Source: an uncultured virus (IMG/VR IMGVR_UViG_3300021843_000436)
Taxonomy: Duplodnaviria > Heunggongvirae > Uroviricota > Caudoviricetes
Direction: 5' to 3' (one strand)
DNA length: 64,000 nucleotides
IMG/VR virus record: IMGVR_UViG_3300021843_000436
Shown here: positions 46,345 to 55,368 of the stretch, in pieces
Layout: each line of letters begins with the position of its first letter
Numbering within the stretch: the first letter of the stretch is position 1
The notes under the pieces: generated by a model
Databases searched by the model: none
Told to the model about the DNA's origin: nothing
What the model saw: only the letters and a program-made list of their open reading frames with translations
Translations under genes and position numbers: made by a program

Positions 46345-46613
46345 TAGTTCAACTCCTGGCCGTTGATGATCCGCTTCAGGTCTTCCATCTTTAAAGAGCC
46401 ATTCTCATTGAAGAGCTGGTTATACTTGAAGAGCTTCCCTTCCACTTCTAGGATGGGCACCTTTGTAGGTCTGCAGTGCATCTTTGACAAATAGACAAAT
46501 CCATCAGCAGAGGCAGCATCTCCATGCTCCACCTGCAGGCCCATCTGCTTTAGGTTCATCTCCAGCTGCTTACACTTTGGGCAGGTATCTGTGCCCCAGA
46601 CTGTAACTGCTAT
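46344..46613 (-). CDS. Glutaredoxin/NrdH-like redoxin (non-canonical ATA start inferred)
   Basis: In-frame extension of ORF 46344..46559 gives VTVWGTDTCPKCKQL...KVPILEVEG; no ATG/GTG/TTG between the upstream in-frame TAA and CPKC. Confidence 0.7.
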   Translation of the reverse strand: MAVTVWGTDTCPKCKQLEMNLKQMGLQVEHGDAASADGFVYLSKMHCRPTKVPILEVEGKLFKYNQLFNENGSLKMEDLKRIINGQELN

Positions 46614-46615
46614 AA

Positions 46616-47332
46616 CTATCCTCTCCTTTTAGAAATAGTGCTCGTTATGACTTTGCAGGCTTTATCCAGCAGGATCTCCTGAGGCAGCAGTGCATCAAAA
46701 TACAACCACTTCAAAGGATTCTGCAGAGCCAGGCCCATATAGACTTCCTGGGCTTTCTGCAAAGTCTCCAGTTTCTCAAAACACTTCAGCTGACCCTCTG
46801 GCCTCTTCTTCAGTCTTTCCAGAGCCTTATCTGGTGCCAGGGTCAGAAGAATGCTGACATCAGGACAGATGTCCCATTCCTGGGTCAAGACACTGGCCAC
46901 AGGCCCCTGGTATGCCCTGGAGCTGAAGGGTGTCCACCTGTCACAGATTACCACCCTGTCATCAGCCAGGGCTGGGATTATCACATCAGCCAAATGAATG
47001 GCATGATCCAGGGTGAACTTCAGAGAAGTGATAGCCTCTGGCCTTACATTCCCTGCAGGCCAGTCAGAGATAAGGTGCTCTAGCTCACGGAAGCCCTGGA
47101 ACCTCTCAGTGGGCTCCTGGGTTACTACGACCATCTCTCCAAGATCATCCGAGAGCTTCTTCCCCAGTGTCTGGGCCAGAGTGGTCTTCCCTGTCCCATC
47201 AATTCCTTCCAGAACCACCAGGCATCCTCTACTGGCTTTTCTCAGATCCAGCCTGGTGGAGTCAGCATCATAGGTTAAAATCGATTGCAGAAGGCTGTGC
47301 CCTCTGATATTATCTTTTCCCATAAGCTGCAT
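46616..47332 (-). CDS. tmk: Thymidylate (dTMP) kinase
   Basis: LEGIDGTGKTT, TQEP, VICDRW, S.AYQG. Confidence 0.9.
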   Translation of the reverse strand: MQLMGKDNIRGHSLLQSILTYDADSTRLDLRKASRGCLVVLEGIDGTGKTTLAQTLGKKLSDDLGEMVVVTQEPTERFQGFRELEHLISDWPAGNVRPEAITSLKFTLDHAIHLADVIIPALADDRVVICDRWTPFSSRAYQGPVASVLTQEWDICPDVSILLTLAPDKALERLKKRPEGQLKCFEKLETLQKAQEVYMGLALQNPLKWLYFDALLPQEILLDKACKVITSTISKRRG

Positions 47333-47367
47333 AGATTCACTCCCTTATGCCCATAAAGGCAGTATTT

Positions 47368-47382
47368 CCATAGTTCCTATGG
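47368..47382. promoter_or_regulatory. CCATA-N5-TATGG operator, copy 5
   Basis: CCATAGTTCCTATGG abutting minus-strand TTTATTTA upstream of tmk. Confidence 0.72.
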
Positions 47383-47530
47383 TAAATAAAGCTTTCTTTT
47401 AATTTAATATGATACTGTATTAAAAAGCCAAATTAGCCTTCACATGGAGGTGTGTCCAAATGGATGTATGGAAGAAGATCCTCCTGGATTTTAATCCAGG
47501 CCAAAGCCTGGAGGCAAAAGAGAGGATAGC

Positions 47531-50500
47531 CTAATCCTCCTCCATGACCTCCAGGGGCATGTCAAATTTACTGAATCTATGGACCTTTGGACTCAGGAAG
47601 AGATCCTGGGCCAGAGAGGGGATCTTCTCATCTTCAGTTACCCTGAAAAATTTTCCTCCAGTGCAAGAGACTGAGATGCTACCTGTGATGGATTTACCCC
47701 ATTTTAGTGGCCTAATCTTCGGTGAAGACATGGCTATACATTCATGGGCCTCAAAGTCATTGTATAAGACGATCCTGAAATATTCATTTTCAGCCTTAGA
47801 CCTGAATGGCCCTGCTATGTAACCCACCACCCACTGGCCTTTAGCAGAAGACTTCAGATGCCACATCACTTCATTCTCTTCCGTGGTTTTCTCCTTTGCC
47901 TGCAGCTCCTCCAGGATGTAATACCAGTATGCTCCTCTGTAGATCCAGACATTCCTGAAGCCATCCTCCAGGTTTGGAATCTGGCTCTTTGCTCTAAAGA
48001 CTCCTGAGCCATCCTCTACAGTAAAGTCCTGCATGGTGGCCTCCATGATGACCTGGGCCTTCATGACCTCACCCTCCTCCATCTGACCCAGTGTCCTAGG
48101 ATTGATGGTCTTATAATGAGGCAGTGGGATCATGGTATAGTCCTTCAGGGAGACCTCCCTGCCATCCAGACAGCCAGTGGCCTCAAAGAGCTTCTGTTTA
48201 GCATCTGTGAGGGGCTTCCCTCCTTTGATCCTGTCTATGAGCTGCTGGCCAGTCTTCAGAGCTATGCCCTTTATGCAAGTCAGCCCCAGCTGGATCTCAT
48301 CCCTCTCACCAGTGGTCTCCAGCTGTGGATGCCTTATGCTGGGCCTCCTGATGGGGATCAGCATCCTATCAGCTTCTCTCAGGATCTCCCTTCTCTCTTT
48401 GCCCTCTGTTTTAATGTTCATCCAGGTAGCTGCAGCCAGGGCTGGATTCAGCATCTTCAGATAGATGGTCATAAGAGAGACCCAGGCATAGGCCACTGCA
48501 TGGGATCTGTTAAATCCATAGCCAGCCCAGAGGAGGATCTCCTTCCACTGCTTCTCCTTTGCAGGGTCCTTCAGCTGCTCCTTCAGGGTACCGTCCTCCA
48601 GGGCCTGCAGCTTATCCAGCTTCTTCTTTGAGATTGCTCTCCTGGCCTGGTCTGCTTCCTGCATGGACATACCAAAGATTATATTCAGGGCCTTCAGGAC
48701 CTGCTCCTGGTAGATGATCAGTCCATAGGAGTCCTCTGTGCCCTTCATGGCCTCATAGGGCTCTCCATCCACTCTCCTCTTCTTATAGAGATCAATGAGG
48801 GGCCTGGTGCCTGGTCTATTAAGGGCCACTATTCTGACCACATCTTCAAAGTGCTCAGGAGGGACCTCCTTCATGAGCTGCTCTCCAGCCTGGGTGCCCA
48901 GCTGGAAGATGCCGTAGGGATAGAGCCTGGCAAAGAGCAGCATATCAGCTATGTCATCATTTGGCAGCTGGTGAAGCTCCCAGTCCAGCTGTTTCATGGC
49001 TGCAGGAAGGTCAACTCCCTCAGAGACAGAGGTTCTGGGCTTCAGCATCTCAGCTATAAAGTCCAGGGTATCCAGACCCAGCACATCAAATTTAGGGATG
49101 TTCAGCTCCAGGATGTCCCTCAGCTCCAGCTCTATGGCCAGCCCTGGGCCATCCTTCTTTGCCCTGGTGAGTGGGATAGTCTCTGCAATATTTGGCAGGG
49201 CCACCACACCAGCTGCATGGATTCCCTTATGCCTGATATGGCCATCCAGGTGATCAGTTAGCATCCTGATGCTTTCTGCCACTTCATCTGAGAGCTTATC
49301 AGTGAGGAGGGCCTCCTGATCCACCCTCTTCAGCCAGCAGGCATCTCTGATCATGAGCTTCTCATGCCACCTGGCATAAGTGGAGATCTGAGCTGTTTGC
49401 CTGCCCACAATATCTCCCAGGATCTGAATGGCCTCCTGCCTTCTGGACTTCTGGACATCCAAATCAAAATCTGGAGGGTCCTTTCTTCCTTCTGGGAGGA
49501 ATCTCTCAAAGAGGAGCTTTTGAGTGATGGGATTAATTCTGGTGATGTCCAGGATGTAGCTGATGAAGCTTCCTGATGCTGATCCTCTTCCAGGTCCTCT
49601 GAGGATGCCAGCCTTATCCAGCCTCTGACATAGTTCATATTCAATGATGAAATACCAGGCAAAGTCAGACTTTGTAATCCTGTCGTATTCCATATCTACC
49701 CTGGCAGCCAGAGCCTCTTCTCCTCCCATAGCTTCTAACTCTGCCTTTGGGGTTCTTCCCAAAAAGGCCAGGAAACTCTTATACACCAGCTCCCTGAAGT
49801 TGAGATGAGAGACACAATCCTTAGGAGCGGGAAAAGTCCTGGGCAGGCTAAAGTCAAAGTCAGAAGCAAACTTCCTGGTCATATCGATAACCATAGCAGC
49901 CTCATCTTCCTCCAGGCCCAGGTTTGCTATGACCTCAGCTTCACTCTGATAATAATAAGAATTGCCAGGGAAATAATCATCCTTATAGACCAGGGTCCTG
50001 TCTTTGTAGATAATGCTGGCAGCTGCCACTTTTGGACCCCTCTCATCCCAGGAGTTATAATGGGAGTCACAGGTGGCTATCACCAGGAGATCCTCTCTGC
50101 AGGCCAAGGCATAAGCCCATCTGTTAAACTCATGCTGCTGCTCCAGGTCTGGATGAGGCATGATCTCTATGACCAGTTCTCCTCCTGCTGCAGCTATCTC
50201 AGCCCAGGTCTTCATGAACCAGGCTTCAGCCTCTTCTGGGTCTTCCATCCACTTCTGGAAAAGGAGACCACCTTTGCAGGCAGTGCCAAAAGCCAACCCC
50301 TGGGCATGCTCTATGAGGTGCTGCAGAGGGATCAGGGGCTTCCTCTTAAAGTGATTCACCACAGCATCATTATGAAGATGGATCAGATTCTTCCAGCCCT
50401 CAGGAGATTTGACCCAGATGGTCATGTGGCCCTTCCCAGGACCTTCTGCCTTGTTGTCTATGGAGAGAATATAATCAATGCTACCCCATTCTTTCTTAAG

Positions 50501-51478
50501 CTGTTTTGCCACCTGAGATCTACCATTAAGCCATTCATTGAATTTCTCAGGCAATTCTTTCATAGCTTCAGTCTCTGTAACTTCGTTTGCCTTGCCCAAA
50601 GTAAGCTTAGAGAGATGCTCACCATTATGGGTCATATTCACAGTCCAGTATTTCTTTCCATTTTTGTTAGTGTCATTTTGGACTGGATGAGCATCAATGA
50701 TCACAGTGCATGAATTCTCATCTCCTTCTTCAATTTCTTGAATATAGCCCTCATAACCAATGATGGGCTGGACCCCATGCTTCCTGCAGGCTGATTCAAA
50801 CTGATATACTCCAGCCATAGTGCCATGATCAGTCAGGGCCAGGTGAGTGATCCCCAGGTTTGCTGCCACCTTTGCCATGTCCTCAGGGCTCCTGATGGAG
50901 TCTCCCACACTAAAATCACTATGGCAGTGGAGTTGTGGGATCTGATGGACCTGGGGTGGCTTTGTCCCTGGGAAATTTTCAAAGAGATATGTGAGAGCCG
51001 TCAGCAGGTCTGATCTATACATATCCTCAGTATATCGTGAATTATGGCTCAGATAATTAGGATGATAGACCATCTTATGCTCGATATTCAAAGCAGTGAG
51101 AGCTTTATCTGCAGTATTTCCCAGGGCCAGGATCAGCTTAGGCTGGAAACATTCCACCTGCTGCTTTAGGAATGACAGGCAGGAGTTAATCTCCTGGGCT
51201 CTGGGAGCCCTCAACCCTGGAGGGTGACACTTCAGGACATTGATCATAGCATAATTCTCCATCCCCAGCTCTGAGAGGAGCTTCCTGAGAGTATGCCCAT
51301 CAGGTCCACAAAATGGGACTCCTCTCTCCAGCTCCTTTTCCCTGGGAGCCTCACCCACACAAAGGAGATCCACTTTCTCAGGATCTCCTATGATGGTGCC
51401 CACCACATGGCCCTCCAGTTTGCAGACATTGCACTGCCTGATCTTCTGGCCAATTTCTTTGAGCTTCTCCATCTGCAT
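47531..51478 (-). CDS. dnaE: Family C DNA polymerase (DnaE-like) with N-terminal family-4 uracil-DNA glycosylase domain
   Basis: UDG: CNVC, VGEAP, NVLKCHPP, YHP. PHP: LHCHSDFS, ALTDHG, TCDSHY. Pol: GPGRGSASGS, FERFL, PPDFDLD, HAAG, KFDVLGL, YGFNRSHAVAY. Confidence 0.93.
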   Translation of the reverse strand: MQMEKLKEIGQKIRQCNVCKLEGHVVGTIIGDPEKVDLLCVGEAPREKELERGVPFCGPDGHTLRKLLSELGMENYAMINVLKCHPPGLRAPRAQEINSCLSFLKQQVECFQPKLILALGNTADKALTALNIEHKMVYHPNYLSHNSRYTEDMYRSDLLTALTYLFENFPGTKPPQVHQIPQLHCHSDFSVGDSIRSPEDMAKVAANLGITHLALTDHGTMAGVYQFESACRKHGVQPIIGYEGYIQEIEEGDENSCTVIIDAHPVQNDTNKNGKKYWTVNMTHNGEHLSKLTLGKANEVTETEAMKELPEKFNEWLNGRSQVAKQLKKEWGSIDYILSIDNKAEGPGKGHMTIWVKSPEGWKNLIHLHNDAVVNHFKRKPLIPLQHLIEHAQGLAFGTACKGGLLFQKWMEDPEEAEAWFMKTWAEIAAAGGELVIEIMPHPDLEQQHEFNRWAYALACREDLLVIATCDSHYNSWDERGPKVAAASIIYKDRTLVYKDDYFPGNSYYYQSEAEVIANLGLEEDEAAMVIDMTRKFASDFDFSLPRTFPAPKDCVSHLNFRELVYKSFLAFLGRTPKAELEAMGGEEALAARVDMEYDRITKSDFAWYFIIEYELCQRLDKAGILRGPGRGSASGSFISYILDITRINPITQKLLFERFLPEGRKDPPDFDLDVQKSRRQEAIQILGDIVGRQTAQISTYARWHEKLMIRDACWLKRVDQEALLTDKLSDEVAESIRMLTDHLDGHIRHKGIHAAGVVALPNIAETIPLTRAKKDGPGLAIELELRDILELNIPKFDVLGLDTLDFIAEMLKPRTSVSEGVDLPAAMKQLDWELHQLPNDDIADMLLFARLYPYGIFQLGTQAGEQLMKEVPPEHFEDVVRIVALNRPGTRPLIDLYKKRRVDGEPYEAMKGTEDSYGLIIYQEQVLKALNIIFGMSMQEADQARRAISKKKLDKLQALEDGTLKEQLKDPAKEKQWKEILLWAGYGFNRSHAVAYAWVSLMTIYLKMLNPALAAATWMNIKTEGKERREILREADRMLIPIRRPSIRHPQLETTGERDEIQLGLTCIKGIALKTGQQLIDRIKGGKPLTDAKQKLFEATGCLDGREVSLKDYTMIPLPHYKTINPRTLGQMEEGEVMKAQVIMEATMQDFTVEDGSGVFRAKSQIPNLEDGFRNVWIYRGAYWYYILEELQAKEKTTEENEVMWHLKSSAKGQWVVGYIAGPFRSKAENEYFRIVLYNDFEAHECIAMSSPKIRPLKWGKSITGSISVSCTGGKFFRVTEDEKIPSLAQDLFLSPKVHRFSKFDMPLEVMEED

Positions 51479-51480
51479 TC

Positions 51481-51858
51481 CTATGCCTCCAGGTTAGGCT
51501 CCCAGTCTAGTCCCAGGATGTTCTTTGCCAGATTGATGAGTGCATCAATGGGAGTGACTCCCTCAGCTTGGACTGTCTTCTGAGACATGACCACAGCATG
51601 GACTGGGCCTTCCTTCAGCCAGGAGATCTCATCCTCCATGCCATCCAGATCTGCAGCCAGATTTCCCAGGGCTGTGGGCATAGAAGCAGACCAGGCTGCA
51701 GCAGTCTCCTGTGGCATGTCTGCTCCCATAATTGCACAAACATCCTCAGGGCCATCCATGAAAACCCTGATCTCCTCACCCATTGGAGTGGCCTCTTCTT
51801 TCTTCATATTGGCCTGGGTTACACTAAAGAAGCGTATTGTCTCCATATAACCACCCAA
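51481..51858 (-). CDS. Hypothetical protein
   Basis: In the minus-strand operon between polymerase and SSB-like genes. Confidence 0.6.
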   Translation of the reverse strand: MGGYMETIRFFSVTQANMKKEEATPMGEEIRVFMDGPEDVCAIMGADMPQETAAAWSASMPTALGNLAADLDGMEDEISWLKEGPVHAVVMSQKTVQAEGVTPIDALINLAKNILGLDWEPNLEA

Positions 51859-51868
51859 AAATAAAAAT

Positions 51869-53611
51869 TTACAGAGGGGTCTCTGCTTTTTGGGCCTGAG
51901 TCTGGCTTCCCTTCTGAGCTGCCAGTCTGGACCTCAGTGCGTTGATCCTCTGCTGCTCAGATTCATTGATGGCTCCCTTTGCTGCAGGAGCCTTCTTCTC
52001 AAAGAGGCCCTTTGCAGGTCCCTTCACTGCTGCCTTCTTAGATGTAGGGGCAGGGGCCTCCTGGACAGAGGATGTCTGGGGTGCATCTATCTGGCCCTGG
52101 GCAGAAGGGACCACTTCCTTATTCAGGATCTGAGAGACAGCCTTTGCCTCATCCTGGGTTAGGATGCCAGCATCCACAGCCTCCTGTTGAGCTGGCCTGA
52201 TCTCCTCCTGGGCTCCAGGCTTTTGGAGATCCTTTGCACTGGCAATAGGTGCATCTTCTGGCAGTGGCTCCTGCTGAGCAGCTGGACCCTCATCCATCTG
52301 AGCTGCTGGAGCTTCATCCACCTGGTCTGCTGAACCTTCCTCCTCTATGCCCAGATCCTCAGGGAGATCAGGGAGCACAGAGTCCATATTCCAGAGGGCC
52401 AGTGCTATCTTAGAGATTCTCTCCTTATCATTTTGATCCACATACCTGGAGACTCTCACCAGGGCCTTAATTCTGTTAGCCAGGAAGTATGGCCTGCCCT
52501 CTATCTCTTCAAGGACTCCTCCATCCAGATAGGCAGTGTCCCTCAGCATCATGGAGGCATCAGATCCTGTCAAAGGATTATGGATCTCCATGACATAGAA
52601 TGGGCCTTTGGCACCCTCCTTCTCCACAATGGAGGTAGGTGTGCCATCCATGATGACATAACTGCCCACATAGTCAGCTATGATGTCAGGGCTGAAGTCT
52701 ATGATAGTCTCCAGGTCTGGCCAGGCCAGTGGACTCTGGTCTTTGCTCTCCTGGCAGTCTCCCACGTTGAAGAAAGTGCCCTTATCAGTCTCAGCCTGAG
52801 TGATGATAGTGTTTAACACCTTATCGTTAGGGGCATCCCACCATCTCTGAGCAAAAGTGGTGCTGGCCTCTCTGACTATGCTGCTCTCAGGGTCCTCTGG
52901 ATTCTGAATCAGCAGGGTGAGGAAGCTGGTCTCAAATTCATAATTTGATCCATCATCCCTGGTGCCCTGCTTTGTCTTTGGAGGCGTGACTCCCAGCTTC
53001 ATGACTCTATACCTGGGATCTCCAGGAACGACCTCTGGAAGCTCACTGGGATCAGCAGAATCACACTCCTTAATATTGGTCCAGCCCTGATTTTTCTCCA
53101 GTATGACATGGCAGGCTTCTCCCACTTTCACATCAGGGGCAGCACCCCATAGGATAGTCCTGATCAGCTCCCAGGCACTTCCAGGGATATCTGGCTCCAC
53201 CAGGAAAGTAACCCTCCTATAAGTGGAGTTTCTGGCAGACTTCTGGGGCTTACCCATCTCCAAGAGAATGGCCAGCTTTGGCTTCACTCCCACGTATCTC
53301 TTCTCCTGCAAGGCCCTCAGGCTCTTCAGGATCAGCTCTTCTGGTGTGACAGGGCTATTCCACTTCTCAAAGTCTCCCTTATAGGCTTGAAGCTGCATAA
53401 AGAAGTCATGTCTCACCTTAGGCTCAGCCTGGCCAGTGTCTCCAGCTATCTTCTTCACCACTGCCAGATCTTCCTTCATGGAAGCCTCTATTCCAGCATG
53501 GTCTTCACCCAGTCTCATGAGCTTCAACTGAACATAGAACTTAGGTGTCTGAAACTTTGCAGCCAAATTTTCGATAGCGCTCCCTGTCATTGTAATTCTC
53601 CTTTCAATCAT
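51869..53611 (-). CDS. Probable multi-OB-fold ssDNA-binding (RPA-like) protein
   Basis: IRTILWG, TKQGTRDDGS.Y and EKEGAKGPFY-type OB hairpins; acidic disordered C-terminus; replication context. Confidence 0.5.
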   Translation of the reverse strand: MIERRITMTGSAIENLAAKFQTPKFYVQLKLMRLGEDHAGIEASMKEDLAVVKKIAGDTGQAEPKVRHDFFMQLQAYKGDFEKWNSPVTPEELILKSLRALQEKRYVGVKPKLAILLEMGKPQKSARNSTYRRVTFLVEPDIPGSAWELIRTILWGAAPDVKVGEACHVILEKNQGWTNIKECDSADPSELPEVVPGDPRYRVMKLGVTPPKTKQGTRDDGSNYEFETSFLTLLIQNPEDPESSIVREASTTFAQRWWDAPNDKVLNTIITQAETDKGTFFNVGDCQESKDQSPLAWPDLETIIDFSPDIIADYVGSYVIMDGTPTSIVEKEGAKGPFYVMEIHNPLTGSDASMMLRDTAYLDGGVLEEIEGRPYFLANRIKALVRVSRYVDQNDKERISKIALALWNMDSVLPDLPEDLGIEEEGSADQVDEAPAAQMDEGPAAQQEPLPEDAPIASAKDLQKPGAQEEIRPAQQEAVDAGILTQDEAKAVSQILNKEVVPSAQGQIDAPQTSSVQEAPAPTSKKAAVKGPAKGLFEKKAPAAKGAINESEQQRINALRSRLAAQKGSQTQAQKAETPL

Positions 53612-53677
53612 ATTAACAAATTTTTGAGCAGCAGATGCCTTCCTGCTGCTTCTCCCTTAGAGGCACCAGCCTCTTCC

Positions 53678-54025
53678 CTACTTTTTCAGACTGATGCCAA
53701 CTCTTTCTAACTGCTCCTCCACAGATCTGTCCACAAACTCTCTGGTGGACTCCTCAGGTCTCTTTGTCCTGAAATCCAGGATAACAAAATGGACCTGCCC
53801 TGCCTCATCCCCAGATGGGGCTCTAGCTTTTACCCAGTCACATTTACACTCCCTATGGGTCCTCATGATCCTCTTCAGAGCAGCATCATAGCTCTCCCTT
53901 TTATGAGCCAAATCAGCTAACTCATCTCTGGTGTCAAAGGACACTTCTATGCTAGTCCTGGGGCCTCTAGGCTCCAGGGCGGTGGGTTTATCTTTGGTAG
54001 TCAATGTTTTGACCTCCACATCCAC
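53678..54025 (-). CDS. Small RHH-like DNA-binding protein
   Basis: RTSIEVSFDTRDELADLAHKRESYDAALKRI matches archaeal RHH/antitoxin-like pattern. Confidence 0.6.
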   Translation of the reverse strand: MDVEVKTLTTKDKPTALEPRGPRTSIEVSFDTRDELADLAHKRESYDAALKRIMRTHRECKCDWVKARAPSGDEAGQVHFVILDFRTKRPEESTREFVDRSVEEQLERVGISLKK

Positions 54026-54111
54026 AGAGACACCCTTCCTATATAAGTTTTATGGAAACTATGGCATAGCTGGAAAAAGCTCAAATACACTTAATTCCTA
54101 TAGAATAGCTG

Positions 54112-54762
54112 ATGACACGAACTGATGAAAATTTTAATGTGCTTCAGGAGACTGTGCCACATGGGATCTCAGCCTCCAGAATCCATGCCTGGATGTTTTG
54201 CTCCAGGAGCCACCAGCTGAAATATGACATGGGCCTCCCAGGAATCACAGGACCTGCAGCCAGGATAGGTGTGAAGATGCATGATAGAATAGCCCAGGCC
54301 CTGCAAAATGGCACTGAGCCCCATCTGCCCGGTAAATGGCTGGCCAACTATCATGAGATGTGCCAGGACCTGCAGCTCTCAGATAACCTGCTGATAGAAA
54401 AGCAACTGGAGGGGCAGGCCCAGGGAGAGGCCATCCTGGGCTATTTGGATTTGATAGACCTTGATCAATGTTTCATCTTAGACTGGAAGACTGGCAAAGT
54501 GCATGGCTATCCTGTCCAGGCTTACATCTATAGCATGCTGGTGGATCAGCTCCTGGGTGAGCCTTTGCCCATGTATTATGCTTACATCAAGCATGGAAAA
54601 TTGATCCCCACCACTAAGGAAGATTTGATCAAAGGGAGAAGAATCTTCCAGAGATTTGTTAATCGCGACTCCAGATATTTACCATGTTTTAATGGCGAAT
54701 CCAATAAGTGCTTAAAATGCAGCTACAGGGTGCCCTGTGCTATGGTTTGTCAGGGCCTTTAG
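54112..54762 (+). CDS. Cas4/RecB-like PD-(D/E)xK exonuclease
   Basis: ISASRI...C, GYLDLI, DWKTG, QAYIY, C-terminal CLKC..PC. Confidence 0.85.
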   Translation: MTRTDENFNVLQETVPHGISASRIHAWMFCSRSHQLKYDMGLPGITGPAARIGVKMHDRIAQALQNGTEPHLPGKWLANYHEMCQDLQLSDNLLIEKQLEGQAQGEAILGYLDLIDLDQCFILDWKTGKVHGYPVQAYIYSMLVDQLLGEPLPMYYAYIKHGKLIPTTKEDLIKGRRIFQRFVNRDSRYLPCFNGESNKCLKCSYRVPCAMVCQGL

Positions 54763-54861
54763 GCCCTTCTTCCTTTTCTCTGTGTGACTTTTTGATAATT
54801 AGGCCAAACCTCCAGATGGATTCCTGGAGGCCAGGTATAAAAACCAGCATCAGTGATGGCC

Positions 54862-55096
54862 TGGCAGGGGTCAAACATCGAACTTTACGGAGTTCACACC
54901 GTTATTTCGATATGCAGAGACACCTGGCGGGGGTGGCAGGGGTACCCCTCCCCTAACCTTTACTATACTCTCCCTCCTATACTATTTTCCTTACTCTTCT
55001 AATAGAGGAGGGGTACCCCTGCCATGTCTGCCAGGCAGCTCCTGTTATTGAAATAACGACGTGAACTGTGTAAAACCTAGAGATTGACCCCTGCCA
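54862..55096. repeat. Large imperfect inverted-repeat element, copy B (putative origin/second cis site)
   Basis: 54930-55036 is identical to 5570-5676 (107 bp, direct orientation); arms TGGCAGGGGTCAA...TTGACCCCTGCCA; extra tandem TGGCAGGGG pair at 55151-55169. Confidence 0.8.
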
Positions 55097-55194
55097 ATAG
55101 ATAGCAATAGACACTATTTTGATTTAGAATAAAATTTGCCCCGCCCTTTCTGGCAGGGGTGGCAGGGGTGGTCCTCAAAGACTTTTCTAAAAAG

Positions 55195-55228
55195 CTATAA
55201 ATACCATAGTAACTATGGTATAAGTGGA
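55195..55228 (+). promoter_or_regulatory. TATA promoter with operator copy 6
   Basis: CTATAAATACCATAGTAACTATGGTATAAGTGGA; nearly identical to 58195-58228. Confidence 0.8.
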
Positions 55229-55233
55229 TAGCT

Positions 55234-55368
55234 ATGAAAGCATGCATTGGCTGTGGAAGGGATATGACCACCAAGAAAATTGAAGGCTGGGTCCCTGGGA
55301 AGGGATTCCTGTGCAATGAATGTATTCAGAAAACTGACGCGAAGGAGGCAATCCATGCCCATTGGTAA
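55234..55368 (+). CDS. Zinc-finger microprotein (44 aa; not in ORF track)
   Basis: MKACIGCGR...FLCNECIQ..., starting right after the promoter (leaderless-like). Confidence 0.6.
   Translation: MKACIGCGRDMTTKKIEGWVPGKGFLCNECIQKTDAKEAIHAHW

Noticed and set aside
49805..50713. Long antisense ORFs (this one, 58360..59127, 28776..29429, 20220..20828 and others)
   Set aside because: They shadow well-supported genes on the other strand and have no recognisable motifs; codon bias explains the lack of antisense stops.
50432..50740. Intein in the DNA polymerase
   Set aside because: No N-terminal Cys/Ser block or C-terminal HN-C/S/T motif bounds the insert.
54112..54762. CRISPR-Cas locus based on the Cas4-like gene
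   Set aside because: No other cas genes or array; stand-alone Cas4/RecB-like nucleases are common in viruses.
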